64,000 bases of DNA from Cytophagales bacterium (GCA_013298215.1 JAAFKE010000004.1:54014-118013), one strand, 5' to 3'. Positions 1 through 9,373 are shown, numbered from the stretch's first letter. Translations and numbers: made by a program. Notes: generated by a model from the letters alone, not told the origin.

Positions 1-9
1 CAACAACGG

Positions 10-141
10 TCATAGAAAAGCCTCCGTAAGCCAGTATAAAAACAAGATAATGGCCACCAAATTGCCGACCACAAACCAATACAGGTGCTGCCACGAGGGC
101 ACAAAATCGGGGAGCGATTCGCGGGGGTCTTCGGGGGTCAT
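10..141 (-). CDS. candidate 43-aa single-pass membrane peptide (below ORF-track cutoff)
   Basis: The ATG at 141..139 overlaps the TGA stop of the upstream aminopeptidase gene (ATGA junction). It reads MTPEDPRESLPDFVPSWQHLYWFVVGNLVAIILFLYWLTEAFL, then TGA at 12..10. There is one hydrophobic helix and no family is recognised. Confidence 0.3.
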   Translation of the reverse strand: MTPEDPRESLPDFVPSWQHLYWFVVGNLVAIILFLYWLTEAFL

Positions 142-1430
142 GGTGTTTGGTGCATGAGCGTTTCTATTTCGTCGGCCTCAATCGGAACGCTGGCACTGAG
201 GTCTATATTGCCGTTTTTGGTAATTAACACGTTGTTTTCGAGGCGGATACCAATTCCTTCCTCTGGCACGTAAAGGCCTGGTTCGCAAGTAAATACCATG
301 CCCGCCTGCATGGGCACGAACCTACTTCCTACGTCGTGAACGTCCAGACCCAAGTGGTGCGACAGCCCGTGGGGCAGGTATTTTCGGTACAACGGAGCAT
401 CCATTTTTTGATTTTCAACGGCTGTTTTGTCCAACAATTTTAGGCCAATCAACTCGCTTTCTATGACGGGCTGCATTTCTTTGTTATAATCGGCAAAGAG
501 TGTGCCAGCTTTGAGCATGGTTTTGGCGCGTTGCTGGATTCGCAAAACGGCGTCGTAAATTTGACGCTGACGCGGGCTGAAACGCCCACCAACGGGAAAC
601 GTTCGGGTGAGGTCGGCGTTGTAGTTGGCGTATTCGGCCCCCGTGTCGATCAACACCAAGTCGCCGCTTTGGCACTGGGCGTTGTTTTCGATGTAGTGCA
701 AAACGCAGGCGTTTTTCCCAGCCGCCACAATGGGCTGGAACGCGTGGCCACGGGAGCGATTTTTGAGGTAGGTGTGCGTGATTTCGGCCTCGATTTCAAA
801 CTCCCAAACCCCAGGTTTAACAAAACCCAAAACACCGCGCAGGGCTTTTTCGGTGGTGTTAATGGCCGTTTGAAGCAGGGCTATCTCGGGCGCAGATTTC
901 GCCGACCGCAGTTGCCGCAGCAGCGGAGCGAGGCGTTCTAAGCGGTGCAGCGGAAACTGAACCTTAAAGTTTTCGATAAAACGTCCATCGCGGGTTTGAA
1001 CGTCCCCCGCGCCGCGCTCCTCGTTGGTGTTCAAATAAACCGAATCGACCTCAAAAATAATTTGCTTGAAAGTAGCCTCAAAATCGCTCGTCCAACGTAC
1101 TTGTTCTACGCCAGATGTTTGCTGGGCCTGGGTTTTAGAGAGCTTGGCTCCCTCCCAAATAGCGATTTGCTCGCTGGTTTCGCGCACAAAAAGCACCTGC
1201 CGCAGGGTCGGGTCGGGGTGGTGGGGAGCCAAAACCAAGATCGTTTCCTCCTGGTCTACGCCCGTCAAGTAAAAAAGATCGTTGTTTTGCCGAAAACCCA
1301 TCGTGCCGTCGGCGTTGGTGGGCATGGCATCGTTGGCATTTAAGACTGCTACCGAACTGGGGCGCAGCAAGTTTGTGAGCCGCGCCCTGTTTTCTACAAA
1401 CAATTGGTTATCAATCGGTAGGTATCGCAT
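138..1430 (-). CDS. Xaa-Pro aminopeptidase, M24B family
   Basis: 430-aa ORF with the pita-bread metal-ligand context: DLVLIDTGAEYANYNADLTRTFP, HGLSHHLGLDVHD, FTCEPGLY, IRLENN. Confidence 0.85.
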   Translation of the reverse strand: MRYLPIDNQLFVENRARLTNLLRPSSVAVLNANDAMPTNADGTMGFRQNNDLFYLTGVDQEETILVLAPHHPDPTLRQVLFVRETSEQIAIWEGAKLSKTQAQQTSGVEQVRWTSDFEATFKQIIFEVDSVYLNTNEERGAGDVQTRDGRFIENFKVQFPLHRLERLAPLLRQLRSAKSAPEIALLQTAINTTEKALRGVLGFVKPGVWEFEIEAEITHTYLKNRSRGHAFQPIVAAGKNACVLHYIENNAQCQSGDLVLIDTGAEYANYNADLTRTFPVGGRFSPRQRQIYDAVLRIQQRAKTMLKAGTLFADYNKEMQPVIESELIGLKLLDKTAVENQKMDAPLYRKYLPHGLSHHLGLDVHDVGSRFVPMQAGMVFTCEPGLYVPEEGIGIRLENNVLITKNGNIDLSASVPIEADEIETLMHQTP

Positions 1431-1434
1431 CGAA

Positions 1435-1968
1435 TCACAAATTGAGGCGCACGCCCGCGCTCATGTTTGGGTGCAAAAACAAAAACGCGGGCAATACCTC
1501 CGCGTAAATACCCGCCTCCAAAAATAGCGACAACCGACTGCTGGGCATAAAATACTCTAAACCAGCCAAACCCGTGCCGCCCAACGAAATACTGCGGTCG
1601 TAGACCTCGCCACCACTGGGTGCGCTCGAGGGTACAAAATAATACCGCCGCGAGTTGAGCTGCCCACCAAAACCGTAGTAACCCTTTAAAGCCTCGCTAT
1701 TGAAGAGGGATGTATGCCACAAATAGCGCACCTGCACCGAGAGTCCCACATTTTTGTAACGGCCGCTGCGGTAGTCGCGCACGTTGCCATAAACTCCGCC
1801 GTAGGTTCCCACCGTCACGTCAATGGCGTTGTTGTCGCCAAAATACTTGCGAATGTTCAATCCTGTGGGTTCTCCCAACTTAAAACCAACCGCCCAATTG
1901 TTGTACTGGGCCTGCGCACTGCCGATCCCGAGAAGGGCCACAATGGCTGCAAGAATAATTTTTTTCAT
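1435..1968 (-). CDS. small outer-membrane beta-barrel protein (signal peptide, Gly/Tyr-rich alternating strands)
   Basis: N-terminal MKKIILAAIVALLGIGSAQAQ signal peptide and a C-terminal aromatic-rich beta-strand pattern. Its ATG overlaps the hisC stop (ATGA at 1965-1968). Confidence 0.6.
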   Translation of the reverse strand: MKKIILAAIVALLGIGSAQAQYNNWAVGFKLGEPTGLNIRKYFGDNNAIDVTVGTYGGVYGNVRDYRSGRYKNVGLSVQVRYLWHTSLFNSEALKGYYGFGGQLNSRRYYFVPSSAPSGGEVYDRSISLGGTGLAGLEYFMPSSRLSLFLEAGIYAEVLPAFLFLHPNMSAGVRLNL

Positions 1969-3035
1969 GGCTTAAATTTTAAAAGTGAATCAATTAGAGA
2001 GTTATTTTCTTGGGCAGTACCGACCGATACCCGCAAACAGCCCGCACAAAGCTGGACTTTTGAGCGGTTGCGCACAATTATTTTTTGGCCGACCAGGTAA
2101 TCAAAAACGGCTTGTGCGTCGTCGAATTTAGCCAAAAGCATATTAGAATCCGACGGGTAAATGTACGATACAAAAGGTAAAAGTGCCAATTGCTGCCGAA
2201 GGTTTTCGCGTTCGTACAAAATTTGGCGCACCATTTCGTTTTTGCGCTCCTCAAAATTAAGGGTTTGCAGCAGTGCCTGTTGGGTGAGAATATTTATGTT
2301 GTAAGGGTACTTTATTTTGTTGAGAACGCCCACAATGCCACTGCTGGCAAAGGCCATGCCCAGCCGCAAACCCGCCAACCCCCAGGCTTTAGAAAAAGTT
2401 TGGAGCACCACTAAATTGGGGTAGTTTTCCAATTCGGCCACGAAGCTATCGGGTGCGGCAGCGGCAAAATCGATGTAGGCTTCATCTACCACGACCAAAC
2501 CCCGAAAGTTTTCTAAAATTTGAATGATCGACCGCCGAGACAACAAATTCCCAGAAGGATTATTCGGCGAACACACCCACACTATTTTGGTAAATGGATT
2601 AATGGCGGCCAGCACTGCGTTGGTATCAATCTGAAAATCAGGAGTTAGCGGCACTTTCAGCGTTTCAATGTTTTGCACATCGGCGCAGACTTGGTACATG
2701 CCATAGGTGGGCGGCATAATCAGCATGTTGTCTTGACGCGGCTCGCAGGCGGCCCGAATGAGCAGGTCGATGGGCTCGTCGGAGCCATTACCCAAGAATA
2801 TTTGGGCGGGCTGTACTCCCTTCATCAACCCAATTTTGCGTTTTACCGCCCACTGGTAGGGGTCGGGGTAGCGGTTGTAACCTTGGCCGTCGGCACTCGA
2901 GTAAGGGTTTTCGTTGGCATCCAAAAAAACGCCTTCCGCCCCCGCGTACTCGTCGCGCGCTGAGGCGTAGGGCGTTAGGCTGAGAATGTGTTCCGTGAAA
3001 TAAATATCACTTTGGCTCTGCTTATTTTCGCGCAT
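1965..3035 (-). CDS. hisC: histidinol-phosphate aminotransferase
   Basis: 356 aa, class-II aminotransferase. PLP-lysine motif TFSKAWGLAGLRLG, plus NPNNPSG-like CSPNNPSGN. Confidence 0.85.
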   Translation of the reverse strand: MRENKQSQSDIYFTEHILSLTPYASARDEYAGAEGVFLDANENPYSSADGQGYNRYPDPYQWAVKRKIGLMKGVQPAQIFLGNGSDEPIDLLIRAACEPRQDNMLIMPPTYGMYQVCADVQNIETLKVPLTPDFQIDTNAVLAAINPFTKIVWVCSPNNPSGNLLSRRSIIQILENFRGLVVVDEAYIDFAAAAPDSFVAELENYPNLVVLQTFSKAWGLAGLRLGMAFASSGIVGVLNKIKYPYNINILTQQALLQTLNFEERKNEMVRQILYERENLRQQLALLPFVSYIYPSDSNMLLAKFDDAQAVFDYLVGQKIIVRNRSKVQLCAGCLRVSVGTAQENNSLIDSLLKFKP

Positions 3036-3219
3036 TTTAAGGGTGTTAGGCTATTTTAGGCAAAGTTCCGCATTGTTGCGAACTAACCAAACTTTACATG
3101 CAGTTTTTGTAGCGATAACCATAAACTTGCCCAAAGCCGCACTGATTTTGCATTTTGAGCCAATTGACCAGTATTTTTCATTAATTTTGCGGCAGATTAT
3201 CAACAACAAAAAACGATAA

Positions 3220-4620
3220 GTGGCACTAATAACATCAATTTCGGGCATAAGAGGCACGATCGGCGGAAACGTCGGCGAGGCCCTCACGCCGTTAGACGTA
3301 GTTAAATTTACAGCGGCATTTGGCACCCAACTCAGACGCAAAAATCCCGACAACAAAAAAATTGTGATTGGCCGCGATGCCCGATTGTCGGGCGATATGG
3401 TCTCTAAGCTGGTTGTGGGTACGCTGCAAGGAATCGGCTTCGATGTCATCGACCTGGGCCTATCTACCACTCCAACCGTCGAAATAGCCGTGCCAGCCGA
3501 AAAAGCCGCTGGTGGCATTATTCTGACGGCCAGCCACAACCCGATCCAGTGGAACGCCCTCAAACTCTTGAATGCCGAGGGCGAGTTCATCTCCGCCCAA
3601 ACGGGCAACGAAATGCTCGAAATTGCCCAAGCCGAGGACTTTGACTTCGTCGATGTGCGCAAATTGGGTTCTTACGTATTAGACGAGTCTTACTTCGAGA
3701 AACACATCGAGGCCATTTTGGCACTCGCGCTGGTGGACGTGGAAGCCATAACGGCCAAAAACTTCAAGGTTGTCGTCGATGCCATAAACTCGTCGGGGGG
3801 CATTGTCGTGCCGATGCTGTTGGAGGCATTGGGCGTAAAAAAAGAAAACATCAAACTCATTCACTGCGAACCGACTGGCAACTTTGCCCACAACCCCGAG
3901 CCGCTGCCCGAAAACCTCCGCGACATTAGCCGCGAGTTGGAGCGGGGCGATTTCGACCTGGGCATTGTGGTAGACCCTGACGTAGACAGGTTGGCGTTGA
4001 TCTGCGAAGACGGAACTCCCTTCGGCGAAGAATACACGCTGGTGGCCGTGGCCGACTACGTGCTAAAACACCAGGTTGGCAATACGGTTTCTAATTTATC
4101 ATCTACGGCCGCCCTCCGCGACGTGACCACCGCCGCAGGCGGGCAGTATGCCGCCGCCGCCGTGGGCGAGGTAAACGTGGTCGAACAAATGAAGGCAACC
4201 AACGCCATCATTGGCGGCGAGGGCAACGGTGGGATTATTTACCCCGAGTTTCACTACGGGCGCGACGCGCTGGTGGGCATTGCCCTGTTTCTGAGCCACT
4301 TGTCAAAGTTTGGCAAGTCGGCCTCGACGCTCCGTAGAAGCTACCCGAACTATTACATTTCAAAAAACAAAATCGAACTCACCGCCGACATAAACGTGGA
4401 CGGTATCCTCGAAGCCATCCAAGAAAAATACGCTAAATACCCAATTAACACCATCGACGGCCTAAAAATTGAGTTCGACAAGGAGTGGGTTCACTTGCGT
4501 AAATCCAACACCGAACCCATTATTAGAATCTATTCGGAGTCGGCCACCGAGGCTACTGCCGAACATCTTGCTAAAAAAATTATGCAGGATATTAAAGAAT
4601 TAGTGAACGTGCGCGATTAG
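3220..4620 (+). CDS. glmM: phosphoglucosamine mutase (alpha-D-phosphohexomutase family), GTG start
   Basis: N-terminus SISGIRGTIGG, phosphoserine loop TASHNP, Mg loop DPDVDRL, sugar-binding GGEGNGG. Confidence 0.85.
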   Translation: MALITSISGIRGTIGGNVGEALTPLDVVKFTAAFGTQLRRKNPDNKKIVIGRDARLSGDMVSKLVVGTLQGIGFDVIDLGLSTTPTVEIAVPAEKAAGGIILTASHNPIQWNALKLLNAEGEFISAQTGNEMLEIAQAEDFDFVDVRKLGSYVLDESYFEKHIEAILALALVDVEAITAKNFKVVVDAINSSGGIVVPMLLEALGVKKENIKLIHCEPTGNFAHNPEPLPENLRDISRELERGDFDLGIVVDPDVDRLALICEDGTPFGEEYTLVAVADYVLKHQVGNTVSNLSSTAALRDVTTAAGGQYAAAAVGEVNVVEQMKATNAIIGGEGNGGIIYPEFHYGRDALVGIALFLSHLSKFGKSASTLRRSYPNYYISKNKIELTADINVDGILEAIQEKYAKYPINTIDGLKIEFDKEWVHLRKSNTEPIIRIYSESATEATAEHLAKKIMQDIKELVNVRD

Positions 4621-4621
4621 A

Positions 4622-5653
4622 ATGACGACCAGAACAACAGTCAGACCGACGGTTTCGATTGCGCTTTGTACACACAACGGTGCGAAGTTTTTGGCGCAGC
4701 AGCTCGACAGCATCGCCGCCCAAACGTGGCAGCCCGACGAACTAATCGTTTCGGACGACGCCTCGAACGATGCCACGCTGGACATCGTCCGAACTTTTGC
4801 CCATCAAGCTGGCTTCCGGGTGTTTATTAACCAAAACAACCCAGGTTTGAGAACGGTTAAAAATTTCGAGAAAGCCGTTTCTTTGTGCGCAAACGAGTAT
4901 ATTTTTCTGTGCGATCAGGACGATTATTGGCGGCCAACCAAGATTGAAAAAATGGTGGCGTTCATGCAACAGCGACCGAATTTGGTTGTGGGTTTTTGTA
5001 ATGCTTTGCTGGTGAACGACAAACGCCAGAGTTTGGAACAACAACAATTAGACATGGTGCGCCTGCGCCAGCCCCAGCGCGAGCAGTGGAACAACGGGGG
5101 TGCGTTCGATTTGTTGCTGGAGGGAAACCGACTGACGGGCTGCACGGCGGTGATGACCCAGGCGTTTGTCCGCCAAATTATGCCGTTCCCCGACGGTATT
5201 CCCACGCTGATCCACGACGGGTGGATTGCCTTGGTGGCAGCGGCAACCAACCAAATTGGCTTTACGGAAGAAATATTGATGGAATACCGCCAGCATGATG
5301 CCCAGCAAATTGGCTCTAAGTTTGCCGACAACGGCCCAGCAACTACCTTAGACAAGCGATTTGCCCGGGGACGCGACGAAAAAATAGCCCCGATTGCCCA
5401 AAAAAAACAGTTTTACGAGGCGATAGACCAAGAAATCAGAAAGGTTTTGGGGAACAATATCCCTAACATTCAAAAAATTGAGCGTAAAATTGACCACCTG
5501 AACGCCAGGATTACAATGCCAGCCGAAAAGCACAAGCGCGTAGTACCCGTTTTGAAGGAGTTGATGGCTGGAAACTACAAAAAATATACTGACCAAGACG
5601 CGAAATTTTATGGCCCTTTTTTGACCGCCCTCGGCGATCTTTTTGAACCCTGA
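4622..5653 (+). CDS. family-2 glycosyltransferase
   Basis: VSIALCTHNGAKFLAQQLDSIAAQTW...LIVSDDASND is a typical GT2 N-terminal Rossmann/DxD region. The gene starts 1 nt after the glmM stop. Confidence 0.75.
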   Translation: MTTRTTVRPTVSIALCTHNGAKFLAQQLDSIAAQTWQPDELIVSDDASNDATLDIVRTFAHQAGFRVFINQNNPGLRTVKNFEKAVSLCANEYIFLCDQDDYWRPTKIEKMVAFMQQRPNLVVGFCNALLVNDKRQSLEQQQLDMVRLRQPQREQWNNGGAFDLLLEGNRLTGCTAVMTQAFVRQIMPFPDGIPTLIHDGWIALVAAATNQIGFTEEILMEYRQHDAQQIGSKFADNGPATTLDKRFARGRDEKIAPIAQKKQFYEAIDQEIRKVLGNNIPNIQKIERKIDHLNARITMPAEKHKRVVPVLKELMAGNYKKYTDQDAKFYGPFLTALGDLFEP

Positions 5654-5672
5654 TTGCACGCTATATTTAACC

Positions 5673-6083
5673 ATGTTCGACTCGGCCAAATTGCACCCAG
5701 AACTAACCTACCAAACTGCCCGCAGCGGCGGCAGTGGCGGGCAAAACGTGAACAAAGTAGAAACGAAAGTCGAGCTGCGATTTAACGTGGCCAATTCGGC
5801 GGTGCTGTCTGAACCCGAGAAAACAACATTGATGCAGAAACTGGCCTCGAAACTCACCAACGAAAACGTGTTGGTGTTGTACCACCAAACTGAACGGTCG
5901 CAGTTGGCCAACAAAGAAAAAGTTTTGAAGAAATTCGATCGCTTGGTTCGCAAGTGTTTCGACATACCCAAGCCGCGCAAAGCAACCGAACCTTCGTTTG
6001 CGGCCCTGACTAAGCGCAGGGAAACAAAAAAGCGGGACTCGGTCATTAAGGCGTTTCGTAAAAAAGTAATTACTGAAGACTAA
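5673..6083 (+). CDS. arfB: peptidyl-tRNA hydrolase ArfB (alternative ribosome-rescue factor B)
   Basis: GGQ motif in SGGSGGQNVNKVETKVEL, plus a basic C-terminal tail (KRRETKKRDSVIKAFRKK). I use the ATG at 5673 (MFDSAKL...) rather than the track start 5643, which overlaps the GT2 gene. Confidence 0.85.
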   Translation: MFDSAKLHPELTYQTARSGGSGGQNVNKVETKVELRFNVANSAVLSEPEKTTLMQKLASKLTNENVLVLYHQTERSQLANKEKVLKKFDRLVRKCFDIPKPRKATEPSFAALTKRRETKKRDSVIKAFRKKVITED

Positions 6084-6157
6084 GTAGTTAAACATTTATT
6101 CAATAACCGCGCGGGCGACCCCGCCGCTCATTCAAAATTCAACATTATTACTTATAT

Positions 6158-6634
6158 ATGGTAGGAATAATAATGGGCAGTAGCTCCGATCTGAAAGTAA
6201 TGCAAGCCGCCGCCGACGTGCTCAAAGAACTCGGGATCGGCTACGAGGTGGACATTGTATCGGCGCACCGCACGCCCGAGTATATGTTCGAGTACGCCAA
6301 AACAGCCCGCGCCAGGGGCTTGCAGGTGATTGTGGCCGGTGCGGGTGGCGCGGCACATTTGCCAGGCATGGTTGCCTCGCTCACGACCCTGCCCGTGGTG
6401 GGCGTACCCGTAAAGTCGTCGAATTCTATCGATGGCTGGGACTCGGTTTTGTCTATTTTACAAATGCCAGCGGGCGTTCCCGTGGCCACGGTGGCGTTGG
6501 ACGGCGCACGGAATGCGGGCATATTGGCAGCCCAAATTATCGGCGTTGCCGATGCGGAGGTGGCACACAGATTGGCTACATTCAAAGAATCGCTCCAAGA
6601 AAAGGTGGCAAAAATGCGCCAAGAATTACCTTAG
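6158..6634 (+). CDS. purE: 5-(carboxyamino)imidazole ribonucleotide mutase
   Basis: 158 aa with IIMGSSSDL and VIVAGAGGAAHLPGMVAS motifs. Confidence 0.9.
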   Translation: MVGIIMGSSSDLKVMQAAADVLKELGIGYEVDIVSAHRTPEYMFEYAKTARARGLQVIVAGAGGAAHLPGMVASLTTLPVVGVPVKSSNSIDGWDSVLSILQMPAGVPVATVALDGARNAGILAAQIIGVADAEVAHRLATFKESLQEKVAKMRQELP

Positions 6635-6713
6635 GAATGAGTTTTGAATTATTGAATTATTGAGTGGTTGAATAACGCTTGACAATCAGCTATTTATATG
6701 TCAAAATCCAACT
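6634..6713 (+). repeat. copy A of an 80-nt stop-codon-abutting element (partner at 20469..20548)
   Basis: 78/80 identical to 20469..20548 with no indels. It begins on the last base of the purE TAG. It contains a tandem TTGAATTAT x2 and a TTGACA-N14-TGTCAA inverted repeat. Confidence 0.85.
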
Positions 6714-6825
6714 ATACTGGAGTGAAAGTGGTTTTGGGTTTTTAAAATCTTATAAATAGCAGAATCAGGTCTCTATGCAAGTTTTTAGAAAACAGTAATC
6801 CGAAGACCAATTTCACTTGTGTATA
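6714..6825. mobile_element. possible 112-nt MITE-like insertion splitting repeat copy A
   Basis: Copy B continues ...AACT-G-CTTATTTATTTTATGTT. Copy A has 112 extra nt between the same flanks (6713 and 6826). The ends form imperfect inverted repeats: TATACTGGAGTGAAA (6713-6727) versus TTTCACTTGTGTATA (6811-6825), 12/15 complementary. Confidence 0.35.
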
Positions 6826-6970
6826 CTTATTTATTTTATGTTCCTTAAAGTGCTGACCAGCTATAAAAATGCTGGACCGAAAAAATAAAAAGCTAACTAT
6901 TTACCTTTTTTGCTTTATCAAATCTTAAAAAAAATCGTTACTTAGCAAATTATTCTAAATCAAAACGAAT

Positions 6971-7732
6971 ATGGAACGCAATCAACGTCCAAAAGAAGAA
7001 GGTTCTCAAATACCAAATATCACCCTGGGTGTACTCGTTTTCGTTGTTCTTGGCCTGCTGTATATCGGCTACCAGTCGTTCGGAGACGGTGGAGCGGCGG
7101 TAAAAAACTTGGTTAATACGCCATTGGATACTACTGGGCGCACGTCCAAATTGGTCGTCGCCGACGAATCGCTTCCCATGCCAACCGAGATAGACTCGTC
7201 GCAAATCACGAACGATTTATTACCTGGCGAGAACGAAATACCGAGCGACGCAAGTTTGAAAGAAGCCCAAAAGCAAGCTCCAGCAGAAATAACAGCCGCC
7301 GAGCCAACAAAAGCAAAAGCCCCTAAGCCGCAACCGAAGGCCGAGAAACCCGAATTTGTGATCGAAGACAGGTCCGATATAAAACTAAAAACTAATAGTC
7401 CAGAGGTGGAAGTAGCGGGCGAGAGCTCGTCGCATACAGTTCAATCGGGCGAGACTTTCTACGGAATTGCCAATCGTTACAACTTGAAAGTAAGTACCTT
7501 AAAAGCGTTGAACCCTCAGATTAAAGACGTGGACAAAGACGTGAAGTCGGGCGTGACGCGTTTAAACGTGAAGGTGCGAACAGTACATACTGTTGGAGCG
7601 GGCGACGTACTGCGGGTAGTTGCCGAAAAATACGGAGTTACCGTTCAACAGCTTATGCAGGCCAATGGCAAAACCAAAAACTACGCCGCGCGCGGGGAGA
7701 AACTCATTATACCAATTCCAGAGAAGCAATAA
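6971..7732 (+). CDS. LysM-domain peptidoglycan-binding protein (N-terminal TM anchor, two LysM domains)
   Basis: TM helix ITLGVLVFVVLGLLYIGY. LysM repeats HTVQSGETFYGIANRYNLKVSTLKALNP and HTVGAGDVLRVVAEKYGVTVQQLMQANG. Confidence 0.8.
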   Translation: MERNQRPKEEGSQIPNITLGVLVFVVLGLLYIGYQSFGDGGAAVKNLVNTPLDTTGRTSKLVVADESLPMPTEIDSSQITNDLLPGENEIPSDASLKEAQKQAPAEITAAEPTKAKAPKPQPKAEKPEFVIEDRSDIKLKTNSPEVEVAGESSSHTVQSGETFYGIANRYNLKVSTLKALNPQIKDVDKDVKSGVTRLNVKVRTVHTVGAGDVLRVVAEKYGVTVQQLMQANGKTKNYAARGEKLIIPIPEKQ

Positions 7733-7747
7733 TTCGGGGGAGGCGAT

Positions 7748-7772
7748 CCCGCACGTGATGCGGGGCGTTTTT
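7748..7772 (+). terminator. rho-independent terminator after the LysM gene
   Basis: Stem CCCGCA (7748-7753) / TGCGGG (7759-7764), followed by GCG and a T5 run. Confidence 0.6.
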
Positions 7773-7792
7773 CTGAGTGCCATTCCAAAAAA

Positions 7793-7827
7793 AAAGGGTT
7801 TAAAAACAAAATGTTTTTAAACCCTTT
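7793..7827. terminator. bidirectional hairpin terminator between the LysM gene and the tRNA
   Basis: Perfect 16-bp stem AAAGGGTTTAAAAACA / TGTTTTTAAACCCTTT with a 3-nt loop. It is flanked by an A-run on the left and a T-run on the right. Confidence 0.7.
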
Positions 7828-7834
7828 TTAAATG

Positions 7835-7907
<73 letters not shown>

Positions 7908-7922
7908 GTGTAGATTAGATCA

Positions 7923-7952
7923 CAAAGGTACGATTATATTTTTACTTTGCAA
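7923..7952 (-). promoter_or_regulatory. Bacteroidota-type promoter for the tRNA (TTG-N19-TACCTTTG)
   Basis: On the minus strand, TTG (7952-7950), a 19-nt spacer, then TACCTTTG (7930-7923), which matches the TAnnTTTG -7 box. The box ends 15 nt upstream of the mature tRNA 5' end. Confidence 0.5.
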
Positions 7953-7987
7953 GAATAACGTCAAATATATTCTTTTTATTTGCAGTT

Positions 7988-9373
7988 ATGCTTCAAAACC
8001 AAACGCTACAATTACCAGCCGCCTTCAAGTTGGCCATGCAAACCCAACTCGGCGATGCCTTCGGCACTTTTGAGAAGGCACTAAACCAACCCCCACCCGT
8101 TAGCATCAGGTACAACCCGCTCAAGGTTAGTGGCCAAATGGGCTTCCCAGACAACGACCCCGTACTTTGGTTTAATCAGGCTCAATACTTGGCCGAGCGT
8201 CCCGTGTTCACGCTCGATCCCGCCTTCCACGCGGGCGCGTACTACGTTCAGGAGGCTTCGTCGATGTTTATTGGGGAGGTGCTGCGCCAAAGCGTAGATT
8301 TATCTAAACCGCTGAAAGTCTTGGATTTATGCGCCGCTCCTGGTGGCAAAAGCACCTTATTGGCATCGCTCATTTCGGCAGATTCACTATTGGTTTCTAA
8401 CGAAGTGATCCGAACGCGGGTTGGCGTATTGAAAGAAAACTTACAACGCTGGGGATCTGCCAACGCGTGCGTGGCCAACCACGACCCCGAAGATTTTGGC
8501 GACCTGCACGGTTTTTTCGACGTTGTTTTGATTGATGCGCCCTGCTCGGGCGAGGGCTTGTTTAGAAAAGATGCCAACGCCACCAAAGAGTGGTCGGCAG
8601 AAAACGTGTTGATGTGTGCGGGGAGGCAAAAAAGAATTTTATCGGCCGTTGCGCCGCTTCTCACCAAAAACGGCACCCTTATTTATTCGACCTGCACGTA
8701 TAACGATGCCGAAAACGCCCAAAACTGCGCCTACCTAATAAACGACTTAGGTTTTGAAGAACAAAAACTCACGCTTGCCCAAACGTGGGGTGTTGTACAA
8801 AAAAAGTTCGGATACCAGTTATATCCGCATTTGCTGCGCGGCGAGGGGTTTTTCGTGGCTGCTTTTAAAGCCACAAACGGCAAAGCCTATCTCCCACCCC
8901 GCTCGAACCGAAAGCAGTTTTTTAGGAGTATGCGGCTGGTGGCACCTGGGCAGGCCAACGAATTACGAAAGTGGCTGGCGAAGCCCGCAGATTTTGCGTT
9001 CTACAGCAAACCCAGTTTAGAAATTATAGCCGTGCCAAACGCCCTCAACGAAACCATGCAAACGCTCGACTTTGCCCTAAAAAACAAAGGTTTGGGCGTA
9101 GAGATGGGTTTTTTTAAGGGATCGGATTTTGTGCCGTCGCAGGCACTTGCTTTGAGCACGGCGGTGGGGCGCAACCTGCCCGCTGTGGAGTTGGATAAAA
9201 GCACCGCGCTGCAATTCCTAAAAAAAGAAAACATTGTTGTCGATGCCCCCAAGGGGTGGTTGTTGGCGCGGTACGGAGGCTTGAACTTGGGCTGGCTCAA
9301 AAACCTGGGCAACCGCACCAACAATTATTTACCCAAAGACTGGCGGATCAGAATGGACATCGGGGAGCTTTAA
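7988..9373 (+). CDS. rRNA cytosine-C5 methyltransferase, RsmB/RsmF (NOL1/NOP2/Sun) family
   Basis: SAM motif DLCAAPGGKST, catalytic DAPCSGEG and TCT motifs, plus a C-terminal PUA-like extension. Confidence 0.8.
   Translation: MLQNQTLQLPAAFKLAMQTQLGDAFGTFEKALNQPPPVSIRYNPLKVSGQMGFPDNDPVLWFNQAQYLAERPVFTLDPAFHAGAYYVQEASSMFIGEVLRQSVDLSKPLKVLDLCAAPGGKSTLLASLISADSLLVSNEVIRTRVGVLKENLQRWGSANACVANHDPEDFGDLHGFFDVVLIDAPCSGEGLFRKDANATKEWSAENVLMCAGRQKRILSAVAPLLTKNGTLIYSTCTYNDAENAQNCAYLINDLGFEEQKLTLAQTWGVVQKKFGYQLYPHLLRGEGFFVAAFKATNGKAYLPPRSNRKQFFRSMRLVAPGQANELRKWLAKPADFAFYSKPSLEIIAVPNALNETMQTLDFALKNKGLGVEMGFFKGSDFVPSQALALSTAVGRNLPAVELDKSTALQFLKKENIVVDAPKGWLLARYGGLNLGWLKNLGNRTNNYLPKDWRIRMDIGEL

Noticed and set aside
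6636-6662. 8-codon ORF (MSFELLNY) inside both repeat copies.
   Set aside because: It is too short and has no credible initiation context. It is conserved simply because the DNA repeat is conserved.
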